Positions 30,088-37,899 of a stretch of 64,000 bases of DNA are shown one piece after another (within the stretch, counting starts at the first letter, position 1; the number at the start of each line of letters is the position of its first letter). Position numbers and translations under genes: made by a program. The notes beneath the pieces are model-generated. The model made no database searches. It saw nothing but the letters and a program-made list of their open reading frames with translations, and was not told where the DNA came from. The DNA is from a virus (Duplodnaviria; Heunggongvirae; Uroviricota; Caudoviricetes), in IMG/VR virus record IMGVR_UViG_3300029713_000003, positions 17,710 through 81,709 of that record; one strand, given 5' to 3'.

Positions 30088-30164
30088 TGGTGCGCCATCT
30101 GAGGTTCGAACTCAGGGCTCCGTGATTAAAAGTCACGTGCTCATACCAACTGAGCTAATGGCGC
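30088..30164 (-). tRNA. tRNA-Lys (anticodon TTT)
   Basis: Acceptor GCGCCAT/ATGGCGC is perfect; loop CTTTTAA; T loop TTCGAAC. Confidence 0.7.
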
Positions 30165-30246
30165 ATAAATGGCTGGTTGCCCCTCCCACCAACCAATATC
30201 CTGATCTCCATGGGACACATCACCCAATCAGGCACCCACATCGGTT

Positions 30247-30717
30247 TTAGTTCAGAATGATTTTCTCTTTCTGCGATTGCTCTGCATAATCCTGAAACAT
30301 GATATTACCGGCGAGTAATTCGTCATAGCTGATACAAGAAGTGCAGCCGTTCCGAACCATCAGGGACTGTTCCTGAACACCGGGCATCACAACAAGCAGA
30401 ATCGGCTTTTCTTTTGCAAAGGCATAGCCGGCTTCCCAAGCAGTACCGCAAGTTCCATTCCTGCCAAAGTCAAACACGACCACTGTATCAGATTGGTCGA
30501 TTGCAAGAACATCTTCGGTAAACACGCATCGCGCCCATTCGCTCTGCGGCATGTTCCATGCGTTGGGAATCTTTAGCTTTCTAGGATTGTAGATGTTTGC
30601 CTGACGACCGAGCTTGTCCTGAACATATTTTTCAAGAACCAAGATGGCGTCGTCAATTTGACCGCGCTTGCTGCACGACAGTCCGACAACCGGCGCGGCA
30701 ATATAAAAATCAAACAT
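30247..30717 (-). CDS. Nucleoside 2-deoxyribosyltransferase-like protein, about 156 aa
   Basis: Strong RBS AGGAGGG-N5-ATG at the internal Met; the track ORF extends upstream across tRNA-Tyr. Motifs FYIAAP ... FDFGRNGTCGTAWEAGYAFAKEKPILLVV resemble the NDT family signature. Family assignment is from memory. Confidence 0.5.
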   Translation of the reverse strand: MFDFYIAAPVVGLSCSKRGQIDDAILVLEKYVQDKLGRQANIYNPRKLKIPNAWNMPQSEWARCVFTEDVLAIDQSDTVVVFDFGRNGTCGTAWEAGYAFAKEKPILLVVMPGVQEQSLMVRNGCTSCISYDELLAGNIMFQDYAEQSQKEKIILN

Positions 30718-30739
30718 AAACCCTCCTGATAAAACAAAA

Positions 30740-30825
30740 TGGTGGGAGAGGAAGGACTCGAACCTTCGGCGTTTCAGTCGTGGGGGATTTACAGTCCCTT
30801 GCCTTCGCCACTGGGCTACTCTCCC
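30740..30825 (-). tRNA. tRNA-Tyr (anticodon GTA), class II
   Basis: 86 nt with a long variable arm; loop CTGTAAA; T arm GAAGG-TTCGAGT-CCTTC; CCA encoded. Confidence 0.7.
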
Positions 30826-31086
30826 ATAATGGTACTCCATCCCGGTAACGATCCGGGTAGTCCTGCGTGAGAGGCAGGCGGCTCAACCTTTTGCCTTATG
30901 GAGCATAAAATTGTAGTCTGTCCATGTATAGCCGTCTATCACATCGCCTCGTTTAATGACGGTCGCAGGATCAGATGTCCCGCACTGGCCGAGTCACGCA
31001 GCAAGCTCGCTTCTAAAAGGCACTCGACTAATTCTCCGCTTGCCCGGATGCCGGCGTCACCATCGCCGGAGGGGACAGACTCAATT

Positions 31087-31161
31087 TGGTACTCCGTGAG
31101 GGAATCGAACCCTCGACAGCAGCTTGAAAGGCTGCCCGCTTGGCCACTTGCGTAACGGAGC
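31087..31161 (-). tRNA. tRNA-Glu (anticodon TTC)
   Basis: Anticodon stem GCAGC/GCTGC, loop CTTTCAA, T arm GAGGG-TTCGATT-CCCTC. Confidence 0.65.
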
Positions 31162-31165
31162 ATAA

Positions 31166-31240
31166 TGGCGGTCTATCCGGGAGTTGAACCCGGCTCTTAG
31201 CCGTGACAGGGCTACATCCTTACCGATGAACGAATAGACC
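31166..31240 (-). tRNA. tRNA-Asp (anticodon GTC)
   Basis: Acceptor GGTCTAT/ATAGACC; loop CTGTCAC. Confidence 0.7.
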
Positions 31241-31245
31241 ATAAT

Positions 31246-31321
31246 TGGTGGGACAGAAGAGATTCGAACTCTTAGTCGGACGGGTTTGAGCCGTCTGCGT
31301 CTGCCGTTGCACCACTGTCCC
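31246..31321 (-). tRNA. Class-I (short variable arm) tRNA with anticodon CAA, an atypical combination
   Basis: 76 nt. Acceptor GGGACAG/CTGTCCC and anticodon stem GACGG/CCGTC are both perfect. Loop is CTCAAAC with a 5-nt variable loop, T arm AAGAG-TTCGAAT-CTCTT and CCA encoded. Confidence 0.55.
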
Positions 31322-31323
31322 AA

Positions 31324-31398
31324 TGGTGGAGGCACCGGGAATCGAACCCGGATTTACGGCTTGCAAAGCCGTCACACGAACCATTATGTTATGCCCCC
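31324..31398 (-). tRNA. tRNA-Ala (anticodon TGC)
   Basis: G3:U70 pair present in the acceptor stem; loop TTTGCAA. Confidence 0.7.
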
Positions 31399-31408
31399 AA
31401 TCGGGGTA

Positions 31409-31484
31409 TGGTGGGCTATGCAGGGATTGAACCTACGCGCAGCCGTTTATGAGACGGCAGCTCTACCACTGAGCTAATAGCCCG
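31409..31484 (-). tRNA. tRNA-Met/fMet/Ile2 (anticodon CAT)
   Basis: D stem GCTC/GAGC; loop CTCATAA; T loop TTCAATC. Confidence 0.65.
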
Positions 31485-31520
31485 TAAAATCCGGAGCGGA
31501 TGAACCGCCCCAGAAAAAAA

Positions 31521-32453
31521 TTACTCAATACTTCCAATGTCTACGATGGGAGTGCTGCCGCCGGAAACCTTCGGTACAGAACCGTCCCACTTTTCGTACT
31601 TGATCTTTTCAATCAGCTCAGGGGTAAGCGAAGCAGCAATCTTCTTGTTCGCGTCGGCTTCCGCTTCTGCCGCAATACGCAATGCTTCAGCGTCCGCCTG
31701 CGCAGCGATCAGCTTTTTGTCCGCCTCAATCTGAGCAACTTCCTTGTCTCGTTCTGCGTTGATTTGCGCAATGTTCCGATCCTTCTCTGCTTTGATACGA
31801 TCTGTTTCTGCCTCAATCTCCGCCAGCTCTTTATCCTGCTGAGCATTGACCTTCTTCTGGATAGCCGCTGCGGTTTCCTCGTCCACAGAAATATCTGTAA
31901 AGTTTACCGTATCAATGATGATGCCGTACTTATCGAACTTCTCTCGCAGATAAACGTCCAACTCCGCATTGATCTTGGTGCGCTTGTCGCCAAAGATATC
32001 TGTCACCGGGTAGTTCGCAGAAACTTCCTGCGTCCATGCAATGATCTTCGGTTTGATAAAGGTTTCCTTGATCTGCTCGCCGCTCTTGCCCTTGAACTGA
32101 ACAAAGGTATCGGACACTCGGTCGGCGTCGAAACGATAAGAGAACTCAAGGTTCACACGAACCGTCTTGCCATCCGATGTCGGAATCACAAAGCTCTCAT
32201 CCTTGGGAGAATCACCTTTAGAGTCAGTGGTCAAATAGCTCTGCTCAATGCCGATAGAATAGAGCGTCACATTCTTCGTCGGTGAGATCACATGCCAGCC
32301 TTGTGAAAGCGTATCGCCTTCAATACCGCCGTTCATGTTGTACACAACGCCGACATAGCCGGCTGGAACACGTTCCGTGCAGAAACCAACGCACACCAGA
32401 ATGACGACCATCACAACGCCCAGAACAATCGCACCTACAGTACCTTTTCTCAT
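31521..32453 (-). CDS. SPFH/band-7 (prohibitin/HflK-like) membrane protein, 310 aa
   Basis: N-terminal transmembrane helix, then an SPFH-like core (GYVGVVYNMNGG...) and a long charged coiled-coil C-terminus. Confidence 0.6.
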   Translation of the reverse strand: MRKGTVGAIVLGVVMVVILVCVGFCTERVPAGYVGVVYNMNGGIEGDTLSQGWHVISPTKNVTLYSIGIEQSYLTTDSKGDSPKDESFVIPTSDGKTVRVNLEFSYRFDADRVSDTFVQFKGKSGEQIKETFIKPKIIAWTQEVSANYPVTDIFGDKRTKINAELDVYLREKFDKYGIIIDTVNFTDISVDEETAAAIQKKVNAQQDKELAEIEAETDRIKAEKDRNIAQINAERDKEVAQIEADKKLIAAQADAEALRIAAEAEADANKKIAASLTPELIEKIKYEKWDGSVPKVSGGSTPIVDIGSIE

Positions 32454-32614
32454 ACTTCCTTCTGCGCTCCTTCGTCCTTATCTTCTTCTAGGATTTTTTC
32501 TTTTGCGTCGCGATAAATACGTTGGAAGAGTATACCGAGCGGTTGAAACAGTGCTGAAGCACAAAACCAGATTCCGACAGCCGCTACCACAACCAGAAAA
32601 TAAAACACCGGCAT
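32450..32614 (-). CDS. Small membrane protein (NfeD-like partner candidate) upstream of, and overlapping, the SPFH gene
   Basis: Internal start with strong RBS AAGGAGGAAG. Hydrophobic MPVFYFLVVVAAVGIWF... The track ORF extends across tRNA-Asn. Confidence 0.4.
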   Translation of the reverse strand: MPVFYFLVVVAAVGIWFCASALFQPLGILFQRIYRDAKEKILEEDKDEGAQKEV

Positions 32615-32643
32615 ATAATCTTCCTCCTTGTTTATCACACGCA

Positions 32644-32720
32644 TGGCTGGCCGGGTGGGACTTGAACCCACGACCCTCCGCTTAACGGGCGGACGCTCTA
32701 ACCAACTGAGCTACCGGTCA
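32644..32720 (-). tRNA. tRNA-Asn (anticodon GTT) with C33 (atypical)
   Basis: D stem GCTC/GAGC; anticodon stem TCCGC/GCGGA; loop CCGTTAA; T arm GTGGG-TTCAAGT-CCCAC. Confidence 0.55.
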
Positions 32721-33524
32721 ATATAAAAGGGAAAGCCTGAGACTTACTTGAGCTCTCCATGCTCTCTTCTCCTGTCGTTGGAAACAGCCAGTCACACACC
32801 GGGTTAGGGTGTAGAGAGCAACCACACTGGTTTTGAGAAAGCCAGCAAAATCTTGCAATGGAGTATTATAGATTTTCTTTCAGCACATCGCTCCTTGCGG
32901 GATGCAGAGCTTGCGGGCTCTTACGGTTGCACCTACTTGTACTTTCTTACATGTCGCCTTGCGAGCTTCATGCACGTTCATATTCCAGAACGATAAGTGG
33001 TTTGTTTCTCCAAAGCCACATACACTTTTGCTTCTTCATTTCTCAATAACATTAGAAATTCATGCTGCTTTTTCAAAAGCTAAGTGTATGTTCTGGATGA
33101 CGGGGTATGTGCTTGACCATTCGTGCCTTTTGAACACGACCCAGCCGCCGCCACCCTGCGCGTCTTGCTATCGACGCCCTTCCTGTGCGGCACCTTTCTT
33201 TCGATATGAGATGCCCGTCCACAGGATCCGTACAGCACTCACCCTTGCGAAGCTCGCACCATACGTCGGTTCATGCATTCTACTCATTTCTGAGATTAGG
33301 TTTCTAGCGCTTTTCCCATAGCGCCCATCCGACCATAGTCATCAGCAGTTGCCCTCTGACCGCAGGCAGGATGTATGCAGATACCGGTTTTCCGTTGCAG
33401 TGTCCAAGACACTCGCACAAGGTACAACCCTTGTGCTTTATACGTATCACTACGCTTATCTAAGGAGCCGAAACCACCCCGTCCCTTGTTTCATTTCAGG
33501 CTGAAACAGGGAATAAAAGAACCA

Positions 33525-33600
33525 TGGTAGCAGACTTGGGAGTCGAACCCAATCCTCAAGGAGCATGAATCCCGCGACTTAACCGCTTGTCCTGTCTGCT
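33525..33600 (-). tRNA. tRNA-like with CAT anticodon; degenerate (imperfect anticodon stem, G37), possible pseudo-tRNA
   Basis: 76 nt. Acceptor AGCAGAC/GTCTGCT is perfect and the T arm TTGGG-TTCGACT-CCCAA is good. The anticodon stem has a mismatch and a wobble pair. Confidence 0.4.
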
Positions 33601-33703
33601 GTAAACTAGAGTAGCCACCCATCTCAACTACTCCCATGTGCCTTCGCTTTATACTGATGTAATCCGATGCAGATTGGCTACTGCTTCAGGCACTCCACGT
33701 TAT

Positions 33704-33958
33704 TCACTCGCAAATTTTCCAATCTGCAGCCAACATATCTGCTTGAGACGCAAGCCAGCCCATCTGTATGCCGCCGGTTCCAACAAACGCAATCGCCTGA
33801 TTCCCAATCGCGTCATGTTCGCAGTTGACAATTTCGTTCCGGCTGTTGATGTAGCTGATGCAGGTTGCTAGTTCAATATACTGGTTTTTACCGTTCCACC
33901 CGCTGCGCTGCACACGTGCTCCGCACTTCATTGCCTCAATCGCTTCTCCGAATTTCAT
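33704..33958 (-). CDS. DUF2829 / Tad2-like small protein (candidate anti-Thoeris sponge), 84 aa
   Basis: MKFGEAIEAMKCGARVQRSGWNGK ... SQADMLAADWKI matches my recollection of the DUF2829 N- and C-terminal signatures. RBS GAAGGAG; sits inside the tRNA array. Confidence 0.5.
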   Translation of the reverse strand: MKFGEAIEAMKCGARVQRSGWNGKNQYIELATCISYINSRNEIVNCEHDAIGNQAIAFVGTGGIQMGWLASQADMLAADWKICE

Positions 33959-33979
33959 CTCAAGACTCCTTCATTTCTC

Positions 33980-34053
33980 TGGTCGAAAACGTCGGACTCG
34001 AACCGCTACTCGTCGTCCCAGGCGACGCGTGTTACCATTACACCACGTTCTCG
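33980..34053 (-). tRNA. tRNA-Pro-like (anticodon TGG) with C33 and a weak T stem; possibly degenerate
   Basis: Anticodon stem CGTCG/CGACG is perfect; loop CCTGGGA; acceptor pairs. The T stem has only 3 bp. Confidence 0.4.
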
Positions 34054-34235
34054 TTATCCGGTGAGATTTGGATCATACCAAATCAAACACCCGTCTCTTC
34101 AGCTCTTCCATATTGCCATCCGCCTCATAGAGACCGGCAATCCTCGCAGCGCTGAAGAACATCTTCACCATCTTCAAAAACATGATCTTCAACCTTTTGT
34201 TTTTTATTATTTGTGCAGGTCTGGGCACCGCACAT

Positions 34236-34309
34236 TGGAGTGCGATATGGGGATTGAACCCACGATTTCAGCTTGGAAGGCTGACGTGTTACCTCTACAC
34301 TAATCGCAC
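34236..34309 (-). tRNA. tRNA-Gly (anticodon TCC)
   Basis: Acceptor GTGCGAT/ATCGCAC; loop CTTCCAA; discriminator U. Confidence 0.7.
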
Positions 34310-34313
34310 ATCA

Positions 34314-34387
34314 TGGCTACCGAGGCTGGAGTTGAACCAGCAATACAGGAGTCAAAGTCCCGTGCCTTGCCGTTTGGCTACTCGGCA
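34314..34387 (-). tRNA. tRNA-Gln (anticodon TTG)
   Basis: Loop CTTTGAC; discriminator G; T arm GCTGG-TTCAACT-CCAGC. Confidence 0.65.
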
Positions 34388-34509
34388 ATGATTGGTAAAA
34401 AAGATGCCTTTCTCATTCACTCCGCAAAGTGCGAGCTTTCACCAAGCCGTCTTACCATGTATGGCAGACCTGTCGCCGCTATGGCTGCCGTAGCAGTACC
34501 GGAGGGCGC

Positions 34510-34600
34510 TGGCGGAGACGGTGTGATTCGAACACACGGTAGAAAATTTCCCTACGACGGTTTAGCAAACCGCTGCCATAAACCACTCGGCCACGTCTCC
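34510..34600 (-). tRNA. tRNA-Ser (anticodon GCT), class II
   Basis: 91 nt with a long variable arm; loop TTGCTAA. Confidence 0.65.
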
Positions 34601-34856
34601 AGAAACAGAGTGCAGTTTTTCAGCTCTTAATGTCTGTTGCCCTGCACCGTGGCGTCCTCTCATTATGGACTTATCGGCGTTGCTCTCCGTCGTGTCGCAA
34701 TTGCTATCGGTTTGTGTTCCGTCCGGCTCTGCGCTTTTAAGCGCAACTACGGAAGGGAGCGACCCTGCACATTGAGGGGAAACGGGTTTCGAACACCCCT
34801 CTAAACCCAGGGTTCCGGACACCTGGTAAATCATTGTCACCCGTTATTTTTTATAG

Positions 34857-34923
34857 ACCAGCCGCCCGGACTTGAACCGGGGTCGCACGCTGTACAGCCG
34901 TGTGCAGCCACCTGACCAGCTGG
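34857..34923 (-). tRNA. Short tRNA-like element (67 nt, reduced D arm, possible GTA anticodon); likely pseudo or atypical
   Basis: Good T arm CCCGG-TTCAAGT-CCGGG and a pairing acceptor stem, but the D loop is only 4 nt and the anticodon stem is imperfect. Confidence 0.3.
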
Positions 34924-34927
34924 ATCA

Positions 34928-35012
34928 TGGTGCCGACAGCGGGACTTGAACCCGCACGGGATAACCCATGGGATTTTAAGTCCCAAACGTCTGCCAATTC
35001 CGTCATGTCGGC
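34928..35012 (-). tRNA. tRNA-Leu (anticodon TAA), class II
   Basis: 85 nt; anticodon stem TGGGA/TCCCA; loop CTTAAAA; long variable arm; CCA encoded. Confidence 0.7.
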
Positions 35013-35114
35013 ATAGTGCTTGTTCTCGGACAGCGGCAGCTCCTGTCCCGTACCCGAAGGCCAAGCAAAGCCTGCATCTTTAGCAGTTCTACCTTGAGGG
35101 AAAGATGCTGAAAT

Positions 35115-35188
35115 CGGATCGTGCCGGATTCGAACCGACGCCCTTCGGTTGCGCTGACCAACGCTCTGACCAGCTGAGCTAACCACCC
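35115..35188 (-). tRNA. tRNA-like (Arg-like D arm; anticodon loop CAGCGCA, i.e. GCG with A33 and C37); probably degenerate
   Basis: D arm TAGCTCAGCTGGTCAGAGC and T arm GTCGG-TTCGAAT-CCGGC are good. Acceptor has 6 of 7 pairs; the anticodon loop is non-canonical. Confidence 0.35.
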
Positions 35189-35242
35189 GAAATCAGCTAT
35201 AGACTTGAAGAGCCCCTCTTGCTCTTCGCACGGTACGTTCTT

Positions 35243-35330
35243 TGGCGGGGCAGGTAGGATTTGAACCCACGGACGGTTGCCCGTCAAGAGTTTTCAAGAC
35301 TCCCGCCTTAAGCCACTCGGCCACTGCCCC
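35243..35330 (-). tRNA. tRNA-Ser (anticodon TGA), class II
   Basis: 88 nt; loop CTTGAAA; long variable arm; acceptor GGGGCAG/CTGCCCC. Confidence 0.7.
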
Positions 35331-35358
35331 GAAGGAATCCATGAGAGGATTCCGAAAA

Positions 35359-36204
35359 TCATTGACACTCGATAGCGTCATCAGGAATGCGTTCTAGTTC
35401 AGCGTCATAGAACTGAACGGCTCCGGACGCAGCAACCGCGCAGTAAACTGTGTCCATGTCGTAGAGTTCGCCAGCTTTTGTTTTCTTGGGACTGTATTTG
35501 TCGTACTGCTCAGGAATGATCCTGTATCGGTTTCCAAGAAACGAGAAAGCGTTCTCTGTATCCACAACCGCAGAGACGAGCTCCTTAACGCCGTTGTCGC
35601 GGCGGATGCTCATGCTCCGGTCTAGTTTTGTTCGGCTCGCTTTTTTCTTTCGCGGCTTCACGCCGTATCTTTTTTCAGCCTTGTTGTCCGCATGCTCCAT
35701 CATACCGCGAAAGCAATCATCTTCTGCTTTCATCAGCATATCATTTCTGTTCACATGTACGCCACTATATACAGTGTCTTCCACAAAGGATGGGCAAGAC
35801 GATACAGGAATTTCTCGCTTCCCATTCATAATCTGTTTGTAGTCGGTCACTATATCGTCAGCGCTGCCCATGATTAAAAAGTATCCTAAACTGGAAAGGA
35901 ACATCTTGACTTTGTTCTCTGGAGAATACGGATTAGAACTTGTAATGCCTACCCAATTCTTCTCACAATACCAAGCCCATTCGTTCAGAAGGTCTTTGAC
36001 AATCTGAATGCGTTCATCCAGACAAGACGCCTTCACCTTCTTTACCGTGCCATTGGGCTGGAGGATGTTATATCCCGTTGCCAATACGCTATCCCTTCCC
36101 TCAGTATATATTAAACAAGATCGCTTTTTGAAATCAAAGGCTATATGGAACCGCGCTTCTTGAAAAACGCTTGCATGGTTTAGAGACTGCAGTTGGCAGC
36201 GCAT
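35359..36204 (-). CDS. Hypothetical protein (start uncertain; track ORF begins with TTG at 36249)
   Basis: Long ORF between the tRNA array and the small late-arm genes; no recognisable motifs. Confidence 0.35.
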   Translation of the reverse strand: MRCQLQSLNHASVFQEARFHIAFDFKKRSCLIYTEGRDSVLATGYNILQPNGTVKKVKASCLDERIQIVKDLLNEWAWYCEKNWVGITSSNPYSPENKVKMFLSSLGYFLIMGSADDIVTDYKQIMNGKREIPVSSCPSFVEDTVYSGVHVNRNDMLMKAEDDCFRGMMEHADNKAEKRYGVKPRKKKASRTKLDRSMSIRRDNGVKELVSAVVDTENAFSFLGNRYRIIPEQYDKYSPKKTKAGELYDMDTVYCAVAASGAVQFYDAELERIPDDAIECQ

Positions 36205-36394
36205 AGTAGTCAGCCCTGCAGCACAAACCCCAGTCACCGTTTGGGCCAATGAAATGTTCGCAGTTGCCGCAGATATTCTTGCCGCTCAAGTCAGCGTTAT
36301 AGAAAGCACAGCCTCCAGCGCTTTTACTTGGCAGACACATCGCTGCGGTTAACTGACACCATTGTCCTTTGGCATATTTACAACCCTCACACAT
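36134..36394 (-). CDS. Cys-rich small protein (about 86 aa; CxxC, CGNC motifs)
   Basis: RBS GAGGAG upstream of the internal ATG. Overlaps the neighbouring ORF in another frame, so one of the two starts is wrong. Confidence 0.35.
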   Translation of the reverse strand: MCEGCKYAKGQWCQLTAAMCLPSKSAGGCAFYNADLSGKNICGNCEHFIGPNGDWGLCCRADYYALPTAVSKPCKRFSRSAVPYSL

Positions 36395-36662
36395 CCTGCC
36401 AGAACTCCTCTCGCGAATCTCCAAGCACACCCGGATTATCGCGGAAGAATTCGAAGAAGTTTGCCTCGTCCGATTTATTATCGCAGAACAATTCTAAATC
36501 GTTGTTGCAGTTCTGAATCAGAAGTGCCAATGCAACGTACCGCGAGATAAACGACTTCAGGTTGAAGCGGCTCCCGTCAGAGCCTATCAGCCACACAGCG
36601 CCATGGCTCTTTTGAACCACACGTTCAAATGCAGAAACTTCGACATCACTTCTTAATCTCAT
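36387..36662 (-). CDS. Hypothetical protein, 91 aa
   Basis: ORF in the late-arm leader operon. Confidence 0.4.
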   Translation of the reverse strand: MRLRSDVEVSAFERVVQKSHGAVWLIGSDGSRFNLKSFISRYVALALLIQNCNNDLELFCDNKSDEANFFEFFRDNPGVLGDSREEFWQDV

Positions 36663-36773
36663 TTCTTCCAGACTCCTTGTCCACGTAGGAGTATTCCGTG
36701 CCAGAATCGTTTGATGGCAGCATGGTGGATAAAATCCTCATCAGCAGCATACGAAGCGATTCTGGCCTAGAAT

Positions 36774-37019
36774 TCACAGACAGTACTGAGGGTTCTCATT
36801 TGCCGGCAGTTCTCCGTGCCAATATGCCCATTGGTCATTGTACTCGCGGATGATCTTCTGGACTGCACGGCGGTAGTAACCTCCATAGGCTTGGCGTGTA
36901 CCTCCGTAGGATTCAGATAGGTCAACAATCGAATACCCTTCCATCAGCTTTTCGACCACGAAACGTTCACTTTGTGATAACTTCGTAACCGCAAGCAGAC
37001 GGTCGAAATCAATGTACAA
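36774..37019 (-). CDS. Small sigma-70 region-4-like HTH protein (putative transcription regulator), 81 aa
   Basis: LSQSERFVVEKLMEGYSIVDLSESYGGTRQAYGGYYRRAVQKI resembles a sigma region-4 helix-turn-helix. Confidence 0.45.
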   Translation of the reverse strand: MYIDFDRLLAVTKLSQSERFVVEKLMEGYSIVDLSESYGGTRQAYGGYYRRAVQKIIREYNDQWAYWHGELPANENPQYCL

Positions 37020-37191
37020 GCAAATGATATCCTCGATTAAGGGAGCAACATCGGCTGCATCAATGATGCTCCCAGAGGTTTCACGAATAGGCGCGAGCTT
37101 CGCCCTCTGTTCGATCTACGTCTTAACGACTACCTCATCGCTCAGCGGAGCGTATGCAAAATTGATACTGCCTTTCGTCACTCCCATCACC

Positions 37192-37476
37192 TCACTTTGT
37201 TTTGTGTGAGGCCATCGAAGCCTTCAGCTCTTTGTACTGGGCGTCAGCGTCATCCAGCGCAGCTTGCAAAGATTCGATGTCGCGGCGCAGCATGTTCAGT
37301 TCTTTTTCGGCTTCATCGACGCGCTGCATGTTTTCCAGAATGCCGGAGACATGGTTGAACAGCAGATTGGAAAGCCGCGTTCTCGCTCCGGAAATTCCGT
37401 TACCGCGACGCTCTGCGTCATGAAGTGCCTCCAGCGCATTGGAGATATCGTTGTACAATCCACTCATGCGTAGCAC
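37192..37476 (-). CDS. Coiled-coil protein, 94 aa
   Basis: ORF with heptad-like Leu/Glu/Ala composition. Confidence 0.45.
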   Translation of the reverse strand: MLRMSGLYNDISNALEALHDAERRGNGISGARTRLSNLLFNHVSGILENMQRVDEAEKELNMLRRDIESLQAALDDADAQYKELKASMASHKTK

Positions 37477-37477
37477 C

Positions 37478-37888
37478 TCATTGGAGCAAGCTATTCAGCG
37501 TATCACTAATCAACGCCTTGGTGATTCCTTTCAGAATCTCGTTGGCAACAGCCCCGCGATCTGCGTTCAAGCCTTTACTGATCACATCGCCGATAGCATA
37601 CGCCAGTGCATAAGTCACATCCGCCAGAGTCTTCGCGTCGCTTACATCAGTCGGAAAGATGACATGCGCATCTGAATCTTCGTCATTCTCGGTATACGCC
37701 ACCGTGATGAGATTGGTTTTCTTCTCTTCGACAGGCTTCTCGGCGGGAGTCTTTTCCTTCTCCGGCTCGACAGGCTTTTCTTCCGTCTTGCCGACCTCGT
37801 TGGCAACGGCATCGCACATGCCTTTCAGGATCGCAGCCATCGCCTCGTCACAGTTCATTCCACGGGTCAGCGCATCAAACATCGTCAT
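37478..37888 (-). CDS. Hypothetical protein, 136 aa (first gene of the leftward arm)
   Basis: ORF adjacent to the divergent control region. Confidence 0.45.
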   Translation of the reverse strand: MTMFDALTRGMNCDEAMAAILKGMCDAVANEVGKTEEKPVEPEKEKTPAEKPVEEKKTNLITVAYTENDEDSDAHVIFPTDVSDAKTLADVTYALAYAIGDVISKGLNADRGAVANEILKGITKALISDTLNSLLQ

Positions 37889-37899
37889 GATTTCAAATC

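Noticed and set aside
33525-33600. Possible tmRNA, because 5' and 3' ends form a tRNA-like acceptor with CAT-like loop
   Set aside because: The element is exactly 76 nt with an ordinary cloverleaf and has no tag-peptide reading frame. It is a (pseudo)tRNA, not a tmRNA.
34081-34168. 36-aa ORF (MFLKMVKMFFSAARIAGLYEADGNMEELKRRVFDLV) between tRNA-Pro-like and tRNA-Gly
   Set aside because: Only a weak RBS and too short to support. Noted as a possibility only.
29112-35381. ORF-track ORFs overlapping the tRNA array on either strand (e.g. 29112..29681, 29769..30083, 34313..34630, 34851..35186)
   Set aside because: They overlap well-formed tRNA genes, several start with TTG or GTG, and their translations are Arg/Pro-rich artefacts.
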